Positions 9,463 through 19,765 of a stretch of DNA of 64,000 nucleotides are shown here, in pieces. Position numbers and translations under genes: made by a program. Source of the DNA: Candidatus Peregrinibacteria bacterium. GTDB lineage: Bacteria; Patescibacteriota; Gracilibacteria; Peribacterales; Peribacteraceae. Numbering within the stretch: position 1 is the stretch's first letter; each line of letters begins with the position of its first letter. The stretch lies in the NCBI GenBank assembly GCA_043798355.1, contig JAZDOT010000010.1:53729-117728 (forward strand), in the 5' to 3' direction. The notes under the pieces are model-generated. The model did not search any database, had not been told where the DNA came from, and was given only the letters and a program-made list of their open reading frames with translations.

Positions 9463-10291
9463 CTTTTAGCTTGGAGAAAAGATCTGCTCGTGCATCGCCG
9501 ATGATATCGTCCTTCCCCATGAGCACTTGCTTCATGGCATCACGGAGTGTTTCCTGGAGCAGGCCGGGGCGTCTCTCCGGTGTCGGGAGCTCATCCGGCG
9601 CGAGGAGAATGCGGAAGATGTTCCGGAGCTTGGACGGCATCGTTTGCTGGCATATCTTCTCTTGGACGCGCTCTCTCACGAGAGCCTCATAGTCCCTCTT
9701 CCTGCCGAAAGTTTCACGGAGAATACTTGCCGAGTGTGCGATGCGGGGCGCCACGCGCTCGTCACGCATGACCTCCTCGCAGACGCGCCGCGCAATCTCC
9801 GTGTCAATCGTCTTGGCGAACGCCTCTGCCTCCTTCCACCATGCACGCCATGCGTCCGCCTCCGTTCTATGCTCCGGCGAGAGATCGTCATAACGTTGGA
9901 GAGAAGACGGCAGGACGGCGCGGAAGTCTTTTGTCATGAAGTCGGGAGTCGCTGTAACGGTCATGCGTCCATGAGCACGGTGGACGTCCTTCACAACCCC
10001 GGTCATTTTCTTTTTTTTAGTGCTCCAGACGATGTCTCCTGGCTGGAAGCGCCGACTCGCACCTTCATTAGCGGCTCTGTATCCGAGGATGGCATTGCCA
10101 AAAGCGGTGCACGCCCGGGAAATCCGTTCTATGATCTGCGCGGGGACATCGTCTTGAGGCTGCCCCTGTTTGAGCTCGCGGAGAAGCGCGTAAAGAGCGA
10201 CTCTCTCATCTCTAGCGACACTGAAGAATAGATCCTCTCGAGCATCCAAGAAGTGCGTGAGGCTGACAATTTCAGCGCTGTAAGTGGACAT
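9452..10291 (-). CDS. Hypothetical protein
   Basis: 279-aa ORF; TTGCAT-N17-TATAAT-N6-ATG promoter; bracketed by a duplicated metK 3' end. Confidence 0.65.
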   Translation of the reverse strand: MSTYSAEIVSLTHFLDAREDLFFSVARDERVALYALLRELKQGQPQDDVPAQIIERISRACTAFGNAILGYRAANEGASRRFQPGDIVWSTKKKKMTGVVKDVHRAHGRMTVTATPDFMTKDFRAVLPSSLQRYDDLSPEHRTEADAWRAWWKEAEAFAKTIDTEIARRVCEEVMRDERVAPRIAHSASILRETFGRKRDYEALVRERVQEKICQQTMPSKLRNIFRILLAPDELPTPERRPGLLQETLRDAMKQVLMGKDDIIGDARADLFSKLKAKS

Positions 10292-10336
10292 AATAGTATT
10301 ATAAAATCTTTTATTACTAAATGCAAGAGCTATGGG

Positions 10337-10413
10337 CTCCGCGTACCGAAGCGCTGCTGAAAGCAGTGATTGAGTTGACGCAGAAGAGGGAGCCGTCAGC
10401 TATTAGCTTTTAA
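10337..10413 (+). repeat. Diverged duplicate of the metK 3' end (9386-9462)
   Basis: Encodes [24 protein letters not shown] versus ...REPGAISF* in metK. Confidence 0.9.
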
Positions 10414-10485
10414 CCATGAGCGAGCAGCGGCCTTCCAGGCTGCGGTAGATTTGATCCGTCAGCGGTCATCTGGAGCGCAGAGTCA

Positions 10486-10584
10486 TCACCCGTACACATC
10501 CTTTCTGTGACCGATCCTGAGAATCGTCACCGTCACGATCTCTTTCTCTGCGCGTTGCACGACGAAAACATGGTAAGTTTTCAT
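10486..10584 (-). pseudogene. Internally deleted RelE/ParE toxin
   Basis: MKTYHVFVVQRAEKE+IVTVTILRIGHRKDVYG*, only 32 aa; ATGA overlap with the antitoxin stop. Confidence 0.75.
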
Positions 10585-10850
10585 ATCCCGAGATTCTTCT
10601 TAAATTGCTTCAGTGAAACCACCTTCCCCCTCTTCTTCTCCCGCATGCCTTCTTCTATGGCAGTCACCTCTTCGGGATGCGACATGATATCCATCGTCTC
10701 CATCCATCCTTCGAACTCATCGTACGACATCAAAACGCCCTTGGGATGGCCTTCGTAGGTGATGACCACCGATACGCCGGGAACCTCAATCTCACGCAGC
10801 ATTGCAAAAAAGCCGTTCCTTGCTTCCGATGCGGTACACGTTTTATTCAT
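10581..10850 (-). CDS. Phd/YefM antitoxin
   Basis: TASEARNGFF..VVITYEGHPKGVLMSYDEFEGWMET. Confidence 0.88.
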   Translation of the reverse strand: MNKTCTASEARNGFFAMLREIEVPGVSVVITYEGHPKGVLMSYDEFEGWMETMDIMSHPEEVTAIEEGMREKKRGKVVSLKQFKKNLGI

Positions 10851-10947
10851 ATGGCCATTATAATGTACAACGGTATGGTGCAGCAAGAAAAAATATCAAC
10901 TCAAGAGTAACGATCCTAAGAAGCTAAAAAGCTAACCAACTAAGAAG

Positions 10948-13371
10948 CTATCCCCGCCCCAAGTCCTCTATCGTCGTTCCCGGGTAGTAGTACTTCAGGA
11001 TCGCTTCCGCTTTCTTCCCCTCCAGCGCCTGTCCCTTGGCGCCGCAGCCGGACATCCCGACGCCGTGACCGTTGAGAGGGAGACCTTCGCACCACGGGTC
11101 CGGTTTGCTTCCATAGATTTCCTCGAACGGGAAGTGGTTCCAGCCGACTTCCTCCGGCGAGCGCGTGCGGCCATCGTCCGAAGAGAAGTACGGCGGCTTG
11201 ATGATTTCGCTGTCTTTCTTCAGGACGAGCTCCTTCGTTCCCCGAACCGCGCGGACCCACGCTGGATTCTGTCGTTCGAAGACCAATCCTCTGTAAGACT
11301 GGAAGCGGGCGGGGGAATCATCCCCGTCATAGGGAAGGCCCGGGAATTTCCGGTGGAGAGGGTGAAGGTAGTACGCGGCATACGTGCGGGCGGCAACGGC
11401 GAATGCACGCTGCTTCTCGAAGGGTTCGCTGTCGGGCTCTTCGGCAAGGCCCGCGAGGTAGTCCTCCAGTGACAGTTCATTGATCAGGGTCAGTTTCCCC
11501 TCGATGACCCTGCACTCGATGATCCCGCGGAAGCGGTTCTGGGTACGGGGCCAGCTGAGGATGGCAGAGGATTCTGCCAGAGGGTCGAAGCGGACCGCGG
11601 GTGCGGATATGTTCAGTCCTCCGAAGGATGCGGTACAGGCATCGTCCCCCTTCGTGAACTCGATGCTGTGCAGAGCAATCGTCTTGCCATTGACGGAGGG
11701 GAAATTGTCCGAAGTGACCGTGGCGGATTCTCCTTCGTAGGACAGACGGATACGGATGGCATTGCGAATGGATAAAGAAACCGGTGCGGCAGAGGAGGAC
11801 TGCTCTGTCGTGCCGTTGGGATTTCTGGGTGTCGGGATGAAGAGGGATTCATTCATGCTAGATTGCATCGCCCCGGAACCGGTGCGCGGGAGCGGGATGC
11901 GCCGCCCCTCCGCGAGGAGGTTGAACGTGATGTTCCCGATGATGAGCTGGTAGCTCCTCGTCTGGCGCGGGACGAGAACACGCAGATGGATGACCGCAGT
12001 CTCGCCGGATTTCACCGAGGACGGGGAGAGCAGTTCTTTTTGGACGCGGATATCCTCATCGCCGAACGTTTCCCAGAGACCGATTCTCGGGCTGGAGCGT
12101 TCGACGACGGCGATGCGGGCTCTCCGCGGGATCAGAGCGCTCCCGGCAGTGAGGGAGAGGGAGAAGAGCGCCTGTCCCCCCGGACGGACGGTGATATCGG
12201 TCGAACCGACCGGCCTCATGACGGGGGCGGTGAACGGCTTTTCTTTGGGGAGCCGGGCCGCCTTGCGTTCAGATGTTCTGTCGTTATAGACGCGCTTGGG
12301 GGGGTAGGCAATGGCCGCACCCAGCTTTCCGGCCAGTACATGCGTGCGGATCTGCGGAAGCATTTCGCGGAGTGTGTATCCCGGGCAGGCGGTATGGCCG
12401 ATGTCGCCGTGTCCGGTGATCGTTTGGAGGAGGGTTCCATGGAAAGAGACTTTCTCCCGCAGGTTGATTTGGTACTTCTTCGCGAGGAAATCGAGGAGCC
12501 ACTTGAGGCTCTTGATCTGGTCCTGCGGCGGGTCCTCGAGTTCGAAGTTCCCCATCAGCGCGATGCCGATCGTCCCGACGTTCCCGCAGAAGACGTGCCC
12601 GCCGATCACGCGGTCGCCGCCGGTGCGTCCTTCATAGATCTTCCCCGCCTCGTCGATAACGAAGTGGTAGCCGATATCGCCCCAGCCAAGGCTGCTTCCA
12701 TGGTACTGGTAGAGGGCGCGCATGCGTTCTACAGAGGGGCGATCGTCGCCGAGCACCCGAATGGCCGTGTGGTGCACAACGAGGAGGCGGATCCGCGGGG
12801 AGTAGCTGAGCGGCCACCTGTACGTTTGGCCGTCAGGTGATTGCGTCGCCGTGTTTTCCACCTTGAACTCATCGGGATATTTCTTTCGCGCATCGTCGCA
12901 CTCCTTCATCCGGTCTGCGATGTTGCCGTCCTCTCCGACGTTGATGGGAGTGGGATCTTCTTCTGTGGCTGCATGGTTATAGAGGAGAGAAGCGTCGGCG
13001 CCCCACTGGCTGCGGGTGACAATGCGCGATGGAACGAAGGGGGTCGCCGCAGCGATGGCATAGTGCGAAGGTTCAGAGGAAATCCGGAGCGGATGGAGGG
13101 TGAATGTGCGGGTGGGCGACTGAACGGCGACGCTCTTGACCGGTTTTGCGAAGAGCACGAATGCGGTTTCCAGGGCATTCTCTTCGCTCGGTGGAAGCTC
13201 CTGCCACGGCGTTTGCCCGCTTCGCACGCGGAACGGCGCACCTTCTGCCGTCATGCCGATACTCAGTCCATCGATGGGGTCTGTAAACGAAAACGTGCGC
13301 ACGGCGAGACTGTCCGCCGCAAGGAGGAGAGTGAGAGCGGCGATAGCGAAGAACCCATGCGCGTAACGCAT
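10948..13371 (-). CDS. Secreted N-acetylmuramoyl-L-alanine amidase (Amidase_2) fused to a SpoIID/LytB domain
   Basis: Signal peptide; VVHHTA, GWGDIGYHF, HTACPG; LINELSLEDYLAG, AVAARTYA, GHGVGMSG, ILKYYYPG. Confidence 0.85.
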   Translation of the reverse strand: MRYAHGFFAIAALTLLLAADSLAVRTFSFTDPIDGLSIGMTAEGAPFRVRSGQTPWQELPPSEENALETAFVLFAKPVKSVAVQSPTRTFTLHPLRISSEPSHYAIAAATPFVPSRIVTRSQWGADASLLYNHAATEEDPTPINVGEDGNIADRMKECDDARKKYPDEFKVENTATQSPDGQTYRWPLSYSPRIRLLVVHHTAIRVLGDDRPSVERMRALYQYHGSSLGWGDIGYHFVIDEAGKIYEGRTGGDRVIGGHVFCGNVGTIGIALMGNFELEDPPQDQIKSLKWLLDFLAKKYQINLREKVSFHGTLLQTITGHGDIGHTACPGYTLREMLPQIRTHVLAGKLGAAIAYPPKRVYNDRTSERKAARLPKEKPFTAPVMRPVGSTDITVRPGGQALFSLSLTAGSALIPRRARIAVVERSSPRIGLWETFGDEDIRVQKELLSPSSVKSGETAVIHLRVLVPRQTRSYQLIIGNITFNLLAEGRRIPLPRTGSGAMQSSMNESLFIPTPRNPNGTTEQSSSAAPVSLSIRNAIRIRLSYEGESATVTSDNFPSVNGKTIALHSIEFTKGDDACTASFGGLNISAPAVRFDPLAESSAILSWPRTQNRFRGIIECRVIEGKLTLINELSLEDYLAGLAEEPDSEPFEKQRAFAVAARTYAAYYLHPLHRKFPGLPYDGDDSPARFQSYRGLVFERQNPAWVRAVRGTKELVLKKDSEIIKPPYFSSDDGRTRSPEEVGWNHFPFEEIYGSKPDPWCEGLPLNGHGVGMSGCGAKGQALEGKKAEAILKYYYPGTTIEDLGRG

Positions 13372-13394
13372 GGATGCGAGTATACAGATGCAGC

Positions 13395-14492
13395 TCACGG
13401 ACGCGAATCCAAGAGCGAGAGATACTCATCCGTCATGCGGTCGACCGCGAACAGCCGTTCTGCGGTTCGTTTCCCCTCCCCGGCGATCGCCGCCCGCTTC
13501 GCAGGATCATTTGCGAGGAGCGCGAGAGCTTCCTGCAGGGCGACTGCGGAATCCGCCGGGACGATCACGGCGTCTTGATCCTGTGTGAGGTAGCCCGCGA
13601 TGCCGCATTGATCGGTTACAACTACGGGGATGCCCAGCATCATGGCTTCGGCGGCAACCAGACCGAACGGGTCATGGAGGCGCGATGGAAGCACGAGGAT
13701 ATCCAGCGAACGGACAAAAGCCGTAATATCAGGAATGGACGGGTGGAGAACCGCACGATGGCCGAGGATCTTCAGATGATCTTTGACGGCGGCTTCCTCG
13801 CGTCCAAAGCCGACAATGGTAAGGCGGGCATTTTCGACACCGCGCACGGCTTCGATGAGGAGATCGACGCCTTTATCGTACGAAAGTCTCGCGATGCAGC
13901 CGATGTGCACGCCATCCGGTTTTTTCATGCCGTTCGGGTGATGAGTTGAGGATGGTCGCTCGATGCCATTGGGGATTGCAACCGTACGATCAGGATCAAA
14001 TCCGATATGCACGTACAGGCTTCTGCTGAGCTCGGAGACGGTGACCGTGGTGACGCGTCGGCTGAGGCGAAGGAGCTGCGGGAGCCATGGGTTCCACCGG
14101 AGCCACCGTCCGATGCGGTCATGTTCGATCCAAAGGACTCGGATATTTTTCCCGAGAGCAACCGGCGTGAGGAGCAGTTTTTCATTGAGGCTGAGCATCA
14201 TCACGGCGTCCAGTTGTCCTATGCTATCCAGCGCGTCGGCGAGGAGACGACGCATCCGCCGTTTTCTCCAGAGGAAACTGATCGCACTGAAAGGCGTCAC
14301 AGGAGGGGGGCCGATGTTCAATTCTGCCGCGGGGATCGCCAATTTCTTGCATTCCTGAAGGAGAATAGGGCAGCTCCCGAGGAAGGCCACGCGGTGTCCG
14401 CGCGCGCGAAGATTCCGCATGAGGGAGATGGTCTGCACCTCCGCACCGCCATGGCGGCTCTCGAGTGGAAAGCGGGTGAATAAGATATTCAT
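13395..14492 (-). CDS. Glycosyltransferase family 4
   Basis: GGAEVQ, ARLSYDKG, DPFGLVAAEAMMLGIPVV. Confidence 0.9.
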   Translation of the reverse strand: MNILFTRFPLESRHGGAEVQTISLMRNLRARGHRVAFLGSCPILLQECKKLAIPAAELNIGPPPVTPFSAISFLWRKRRMRRLLADALDSIGQLDAVMMLSLNEKLLLTPVALGKNIRVLWIEHDRIGRWLRWNPWLPQLLRLSRRVTTVTVSELSRSLYVHIGFDPDRTVAIPNGIERPSSTHHPNGMKKPDGVHIGCIARLSYDKGVDLLIEAVRGVENARLTIVGFGREEAAVKDHLKILGHRAVLHPSIPDITAFVRSLDILVLPSRLHDPFGLVAAEAMMLGIPVVVTDQCGIAGYLTQDQDAVIVPADSAVALQEALALLANDPAKRAAIAGEGKRTAERLFAVDRMTDEYLSLLDSRP

Positions 14493-14553
14493 TGTCTGAA
14501 GGGCAGAGCGAAGCGATGGGGTGAAGATAGAGAGTCGTACCGGCGGTACGACT

Positions 14554-15864
14554 CTACTGACAGATTGCCGTGATCTTCTCCTGTCCTCCCATATACGTCC
14601 GCAGCACCTCCGGAATCGTCACCGATCCGTCTTCATTCTGGTAAAGCTCCAGAATCGGGATTAAAATGCGGGGACTGGCGATACAGGTGTTGTTCATTGT
14701 GTGGACGAAACGCTTCTTGCCGTCCGGGGATTCGTATTTCATATTCAGCCGTCGTGCCTGGAAATCGCCGAGGTAACTGCAGCTGTGGGTCTCGCCGTAG
14801 GATTTCCTGCTCGGCATCCACGTTTCGATGTCCTGCTGACAGAGTTTTCCCTTGCCGAGATCGCCGGTACAGATGTCGAGAATGCGGTAGGGGAGATTGA
14901 GTGCCTGTAGTACCTCTTCGGCGTTCGTGCGGATTTCCTCGAACATCCGGAGACCGGCATCGCCGTCCGCTTTACACAGGACGACTTGCTCTACTTTGTC
15001 GAATTGGTGGATGCGGTAGAGCCCTTTCGTATCCTTCCCGTACGTGCCAGCCTCCCTGCGGAAGCACGGCGAAAATCCCACGTAGCGCTTGGGCAGTTCG
15101 CTCTCCTTCAGGACTTCGTCCTTGTGGTAACTGGCGACCGAGACCTCGGACGTTCCGATGAGGTAGAGGTCATCCGGGATGAGGGGGTCGGCTTTCGTCT
15201 TCCGTCCGCCGACGGCGTAGGTATTTTCCTCGTCCGCGCCGGGGAAGAACCCCGTTCCCATGAAGCAGTCGTACCCGGCCAGGTACGGCGGTGTGAAGTG
15301 GGTCCAGCCTTTTTTGAACAGGTGATCGAGTGCGAACTGCAGAACGGCACGGTGCAACCGCGCGCCGTCGCCCTTCAGGAAGTAGCTGCGTGCCCCCGCG
15401 ATCTTCACGCCGCGGGAGATATCCAAGATTCCCAATGCTTCTCCGATGGCCACGTGATCTTTCGGCTCGAAGGGGAATGTGCGCGGGGTTCCCCATTTCT
15501 TCACTTCTTTGTTCTCGCGTTCGTCATTCCCTACGGGGACGTGCGGGAGCGGGATGGCAGGAAGCAGAAGTTGCATCTCCTTCCAGAGTTCCTCCGTCTT
15601 CGCGCCCTCAGCCTCCATGTTCTTCAGCTTCTCCGAAAGTTTTTTCATGTCCGCGAGCGCCGTCTCTTTCTCCTTTCCCTTCATTGCCGGAATTTTCTTA
15701 CTCACCGCGTTCTTCCTGGAGCGTAAATCATCCATGCGGCTCTGCAGCTCTCTGCGCTCTGCATCGATCTTCAAAAATTTCCCGATGGAGACATCTATTT
15801 TTTTCTGATTTGCCGCTTTCTGGTAGGCGTCAGGGCGCTTCCGGAGATCATCAAGGTCGATCAT
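14554..15864 (-). CDS. serS: Seryl-tRNA synthetase
   Basis: N-terminal coiled coil; LIGTSEV, FRREAG, GLYRIHQFDKVE, DFQARRL. Confidence 0.97.
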   Translation of the reverse strand: MIDLDDLRKRPDAYQKAANQKKIDVSIGKFLKIDAERRELQSRMDDLRSRKNAVSKKIPAMKGKEKETALADMKKLSEKLKNMEAEGAKTEELWKEMQLLLPAIPLPHVPVGNDERENKEVKKWGTPRTFPFEPKDHVAIGEALGILDISRGVKIAGARSYFLKGDGARLHRAVLQFALDHLFKKGWTHFTPPYLAGYDCFMGTGFFPGADEENTYAVGGRKTKADPLIPDDLYLIGTSEVSVASYHKDEVLKESELPKRYVGFSPCFRREAGTYGKDTKGLYRIHQFDKVEQVVLCKADGDAGLRMFEEIRTNAEEVLQALNLPYRILDICTGDLGKGKLCQQDIETWMPSRKSYGETHSCSYLGDFQARRLNMKYESPDGKKRFVHTMNNTCIASPRILIPILELYQNEDGSVTIPEVLRTYMGGQEKITAICQ

Positions 15865-15915
15865 GAAGCAGATTGTAGCAGAAATATCGGTGTACCATTT
15901 GACAGATAGTCTGGT

Positions 15916-16305
15916 ATGGCGGATTCTTTCTCCCTTCCCCCTGAATTTATGTCTTTTCAGTCGTCGGAATGCTCACTTCTTCCAGGTACGAGAGTAGCTT
16001 GTACGCCGGAAGTTGAACAGCAGATGCCTCGCCCGACTCCACACGTAGATACCGGAGATCCATTAGCGGATGCTGATATAAATATCGTAGGTTCCGCGCC
16101 AATATACATTGAGGTTGTCCGTGTTGCGGCAGAGACAGTAATTTTGCGGGAGGTTGGGACAGACGGCGCCGGACAACAGCATCCCGAGTTTTCGGTTTCG
16201 AAGGATGTTGCGGTCAGCGCCGCATACGAAGCAATCACCAGGTTGCCCGATGAGGCGCTTGAGGAGCCGGATGCCCAAGATGAGAAACCAGGAAGTGAGA
16301 GCTGA
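15916..16305 (+). CDS. Hypothetical acidic protein
   Basis: 129-aa ORF filling the serS-uvrB gap. Confidence 0.5.
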   Translation: MADSFSLPPEFMSFQSSECSLLPGTRVACTPEVEQQMPRPTPHVDTGDPLADADINIVGSAPIYIEVVRVAAETVILREVGTDGAGQQHPEFSVSKDVAVSAAYEAITRLPDEALEEPDAQDEKPGSES

Positions 16306-16365
16306 TTTCTCTTTTCTCGCCGAGACGCTGGCAGGGATCTTCCCAGAGCGCTACACTGCTTCGTC

Positions 16366-18345
16366 ATGTCCAAGGACAAACCATTCCGGCTCGTAGCGCC
16401 TTTCAAGCCGACGGGAGACCAGCCCATGGCGATCAAAAAATTGATTGCGGGGCTGAAGAAGGGGGAACGTCACCAGACGCTGCTCGGGGCGACCGGCACC
16501 GGCAAGACCTTCACGATGGCAAACATCGTCGCGGAGCTCAACCGTCCGACCCTGGTTCTCGCGCACAATAAGACGCTGGCGGCCCAGCTCTGCAGCGAGT
16601 TCAAACTGTTCTTCCCCGACAATGCCGTCAGTTACTTCGTCTCTTACTACGACTACTACCAGCCGGAGGCGTACCTGCCCGCGACCGATACATATATCGA
16701 GAAGGATGCCAGCATCAACGAAGAGATCGAGAAGTTCCGCCACGCGGCGACCATGAACCTCCTCACGCGCAGAGACGTCCTCATCGTCGCATCGGTCTCC
16801 TGTATCTACGGACTCGGGAGCGTTTCCGATTATGAGGCGCTTGCCATTGCGCTCAAGCGCGGTGACGCTATTCAACGCGACCAGTTTTTGCGGCGCCTCA
16901 CGGACATCCAGTACCGCCGCAGCGGCATCGAATTCAAGCAGGGGATGTTCCACGTTTTAGGCGATACCGTGGAGGTTTTCCCGCCCGGCGGGGAGACGGT
17001 CATCCGCTTCGAGATGCCGTTCAACGAGGTGGAGACCATTGCCGAGGTGGACGGCTTCACGGGGGAACTCATTCAGGACATCGAGCATGCGACCATCTTC
17101 CCCGCTTCGCATCAGGTGACAACGAAGGAGAAGATCGACCGCGCGGTGGACGGCATCCTTGCCGAGATGAAACTGCAGGAGAAAGTCTTTCTGGATCGCA
17201 AGGAGTTTGCGAAGGCCGAGCGCATCCGCCAGCGCACGGAGTACGACGTTGAAATGCTTCGCGAAACCGGCTACTGCACGGGGATCGAGAATTACGTCCG
17301 TGCGCTCGAGGGCAAAGAACCCGGATCGCCGCCATCGACGCTGCTCGATTACTTCCCGAAAGACTTCCTCCTCTTCGTGGACGAGTCACATATGTCCATT
17401 CCGCAGGTTTCGGGGATGCAGGAGGGGAATTTCAGCCGGAAGCAGACGCTCGTGGACTTCGGTTTCCGCCTCCCGAGCGCGCACGACAACCGGCCGCTCA
17501 AGTTCCCGGAATTTGAGGAGCGCGTTTCCCAGGCGGTCTACGTGTCGGCGACTCCCGGCAAGTACGAGTTCGCCAATACGCCAAAAGATTGTCTCGTCGA
17601 GCAGATCATCCGTCCGACGGGCCTTCTGGATCCCGTCGTGGCCGTGAAGCCGAGCAAGGATCAGATCAAGGACGTGCTGCGGGAGATTGAAGCGACCATC
17701 AAGAGGAAAGAGCGCGTTCTCCTCACGACGCTCACAAAGAAGATGGCGGAGGACCTCACGCAGTACCTGCAGGATGCCGACTTCAAGGTGCGGTACCTTC
17801 ACAGCGATGTGGAGACGCTCGAGCGCATAGAGATCCTGCGGCAGCTGCGTACCGGCGAGATCGATATCCTCGTCGGGATCAATCTTCTGCGCGAGGGGCT
17901 GGATCTGCCCGAGGTGAGCTTTATCGCCATTCTGGATGCCGACAAAGAGGGGTTCCTGCGTTCCAGGGACGCTCTCATCCAGACGATCGGTCGCGCAGCC
18001 AGAAACATTCTCGGCCACGTGACGCTCTACGCCGACAGGATGACGAAGGCCATGGAGGCGGCCATTGCGGAAACCAACCGCCGACGAAAAATTCAGGAGG
18101 CTTATAACAAAAAACACGGCATCACGCCGAAGAGCATCGAGAAGGCTGTCCACGACATCGGCGAGGCTCACCGCAAGGCGGAACTCAAGCGTCCGCGCTA
18201 CGATCACCAGAAGATTCCCGCCGATGAAAAAAAGAGATTACTGGAGGAACTGGAAGCGCAGATGGAACTCTCCGCGGAAAATCTGGAATTTGAAAAAGCG
18301 GCGGATCTCCGTGACGAAATCGAACTCCTCAGAAGGGGCAGATAA
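16366..18345 (+). CDS. uvrB: Excinuclease ABC subunit B
   Basis: GATGTGKT, SYYDYYQPEAY, DESH, GINLLREGLDLPEV; C-terminal UVR domain. Confidence 0.98.
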   Translation: MSKDKPFRLVAPFKPTGDQPMAIKKLIAGLKKGERHQTLLGATGTGKTFTMANIVAELNRPTLVLAHNKTLAAQLCSEFKLFFPDNAVSYFVSYYDYYQPEAYLPATDTYIEKDASINEEIEKFRHAATMNLLTRRDVLIVASVSCIYGLGSVSDYEALAIALKRGDAIQRDQFLRRLTDIQYRRSGIEFKQGMFHVLGDTVEVFPPGGETVIRFEMPFNEVETIAEVDGFTGELIQDIEHATIFPASHQVTTKEKIDRAVDGILAEMKLQEKVFLDRKEFAKAERIRQRTEYDVEMLRETGYCTGIENYVRALEGKEPGSPPSTLLDYFPKDFLLFVDESHMSIPQVSGMQEGNFSRKQTLVDFGFRLPSAHDNRPLKFPEFEERVSQAVYVSATPGKYEFANTPKDCLVEQIIRPTGLLDPVVAVKPSKDQIKDVLREIEATIKRKERVLLTTLTKKMAEDLTQYLQDADFKVRYLHSDVETLERIEILRQLRTGEIDILVGINLLREGLDLPEVSFIAILDADKEGFLRSRDALIQTIGRAARNILGHVTLYADRMTKAMEAAIAETNRRRKIQEAYNKKHGITPKSIEKAVHDIGEAHRKAELKRPRYDHQKIPADEKKRLLEELEAQMELSAENLEFEKAADLRDEIELLRRGR

Positions 18346-18381
18346 AAGTTCGGCTTTTCACCCTGAGCGTAGTCGAAGGGC

Positions 18382-18435
18382 GAAAAAGCTGCCGATCTCA
18401 GAGAGGAGATCGAATTGCTCAGGAGGGGGAAGTGA
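18382..18435 (+). repeat. Diverged duplicate of the uvrB 3' end (18292-18345)
   Basis: EKAADLREEIELLRRGK* versus EKAADLRDEIELLRRGR*. Confidence 0.88.
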
Positions 18436-19234
18436 ATTCCTTATACACTTCCTCGAAGAACTCCTGATCATTCTGCGTGTGCTTTGCCTGCAGGATCGTT
18501 TCCGCCTCTTTGCCGACGGGATAACGTAGCCGCCAGGAGCCGTCCGTGGCAGCAGAGAAAATGATCTGTGCGACATCTTCTGCGGATGCGGCATCCGAGG
18601 CGAGGCTTGCTCTGTGTTTTTGAATCTTCCGCTCGCACATTGCGCGGTACGGGTCAGAGATACGTTTGAGTGTCTCCTGCCCATAGGCGCGGTCGAAGAA
18701 TGCCGTCTTCACGCGACCGGGCTCTACGATTTTGACGTGGACACCGAGCGCGCGCATTTCGTGTGCCAAAGCCTCGCTGAACCCTTCCACCGCCCACTTC
18801 GTCGATGCGTACACGCTGTAGAGCGGGCTCCCGCGCTGTCCCGCGACGGAGGAAATATTGATGATTGTACCGCCCTTCTGTTTGCGCATGATCGCACATG
18901 CATGGCGGGTGACTTCCATGAGTCCGAATACGTTCGTGCGGTACATCTCCTCTGTTTCTTTTTGTGTTGTATCCTCGAACGGAAGGAAGAGCCCCCATCC
19001 GGCGTTATTCACGACGCAGTCGAGATGATCCGCTTGTTCCTTGATTGCCTTGAATGCGTTGGCAATCGCACGCGGGTCATTCACATCGAGGAGCATGGGT
19101 ACGGTATTTTTCCCTGCAGGGGAAGACGCCCGTTTGCGGTCCGTAGCGAAGACACACCAGCCTTTGCGGGCAAAGAGCTTCGCAGTTGCCTGTCCGATGC
19201 CGCTCCCGGTTCCCGTGATGAGAATGGTCTGCAT
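18419..19234 (-). CDS. SDR family oxidoreductase
   Basis: TGTGSGIG, NNAG, YASTKWA. Confidence 0.92.
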   Translation of the reverse strand: MQTILITGTGSGIGQATAKLFARKGWCVFATDRKRASSPAGKNTVPMLLDVNDPRAIANAFKAIKEQADHLDCVVNNAGWGLFLPFEDTTQKETEEMYRTNVFGLMEVTRHACAIMRKQKGGTIINISSVAGQRGSPLYSVYASTKWAVEGFSEALAHEMRALGVHVKIVEPGRVKTAFFDRAYGQETLKRISDPYRAMCERKIQKHRASLASDAASAEDVAQIIFSAATDGSWRLRYPVGKEAETILQAKHTQNDQEFFEEVYKEFTSPS

Positions 19235-19322
19235 GGAAGGTTATTTTCCCTGAAAAGGATCCATTTTAAAAGGGGTTGGAACTACTTGACTAGTATATAA
19301 AAACAATTAATATAGCACCCTT

Positions 19323-19745
19323 ATGCGCATGTTCCTCTCTCTTTTCGTCGGTCTCTTCACTTTTCTCATGGCTCCGTCCGCTCTCGCGGAAATGGGCAGC
19401 ACGTTTGGATGGAGCAATGGCAGCGGATACTACGGGACACATGCGTGGAACGTGCGTGTCCGAAGGGCCTATTCCAAAAATGGCGAATTCGTTCGCCACC
19501 ATGATGACTGGTACTACATGGCGCATCCCGACTACACGAAGACCTATGCGTTACACCCGTACTACCGCAAGAATTATTACGATCCGCCCGTGACGGTCGA
19601 CGATCTCCCGGTAGTGGACTATGGCCAGTACCTTCCCGGAGATGCGTACGTGCCCGAGCGCGCATCAATTGCAGACTGCGACAGCTATTCGTTCTCGAAA
19701 CCGAATTATCGCGTGGCGCCGTACGGGTACGAGTGTGAGGATTAA
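19323..19745 (+). CDS. Secreted Tyr-rich hypothetical protein
   Basis: Signal peptide ending ALA; 140 aa. Confidence 0.7.
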   Translation: MRMFLSLFVGLFTFLMAPSALAEMGSTFGWSNGSGYYGTHAWNVRVRRAYSKNGEFVRHHDDWYYMAHPDYTKTYALHPYYRKNYYDPPVTVDDLPVVDYGQYLPGDAYVPERASIADCDSYSFSKPNYRVAPYGYECED

Positions 19746-19765
19746 GGTTAGGGTTAAGGCTAGGG

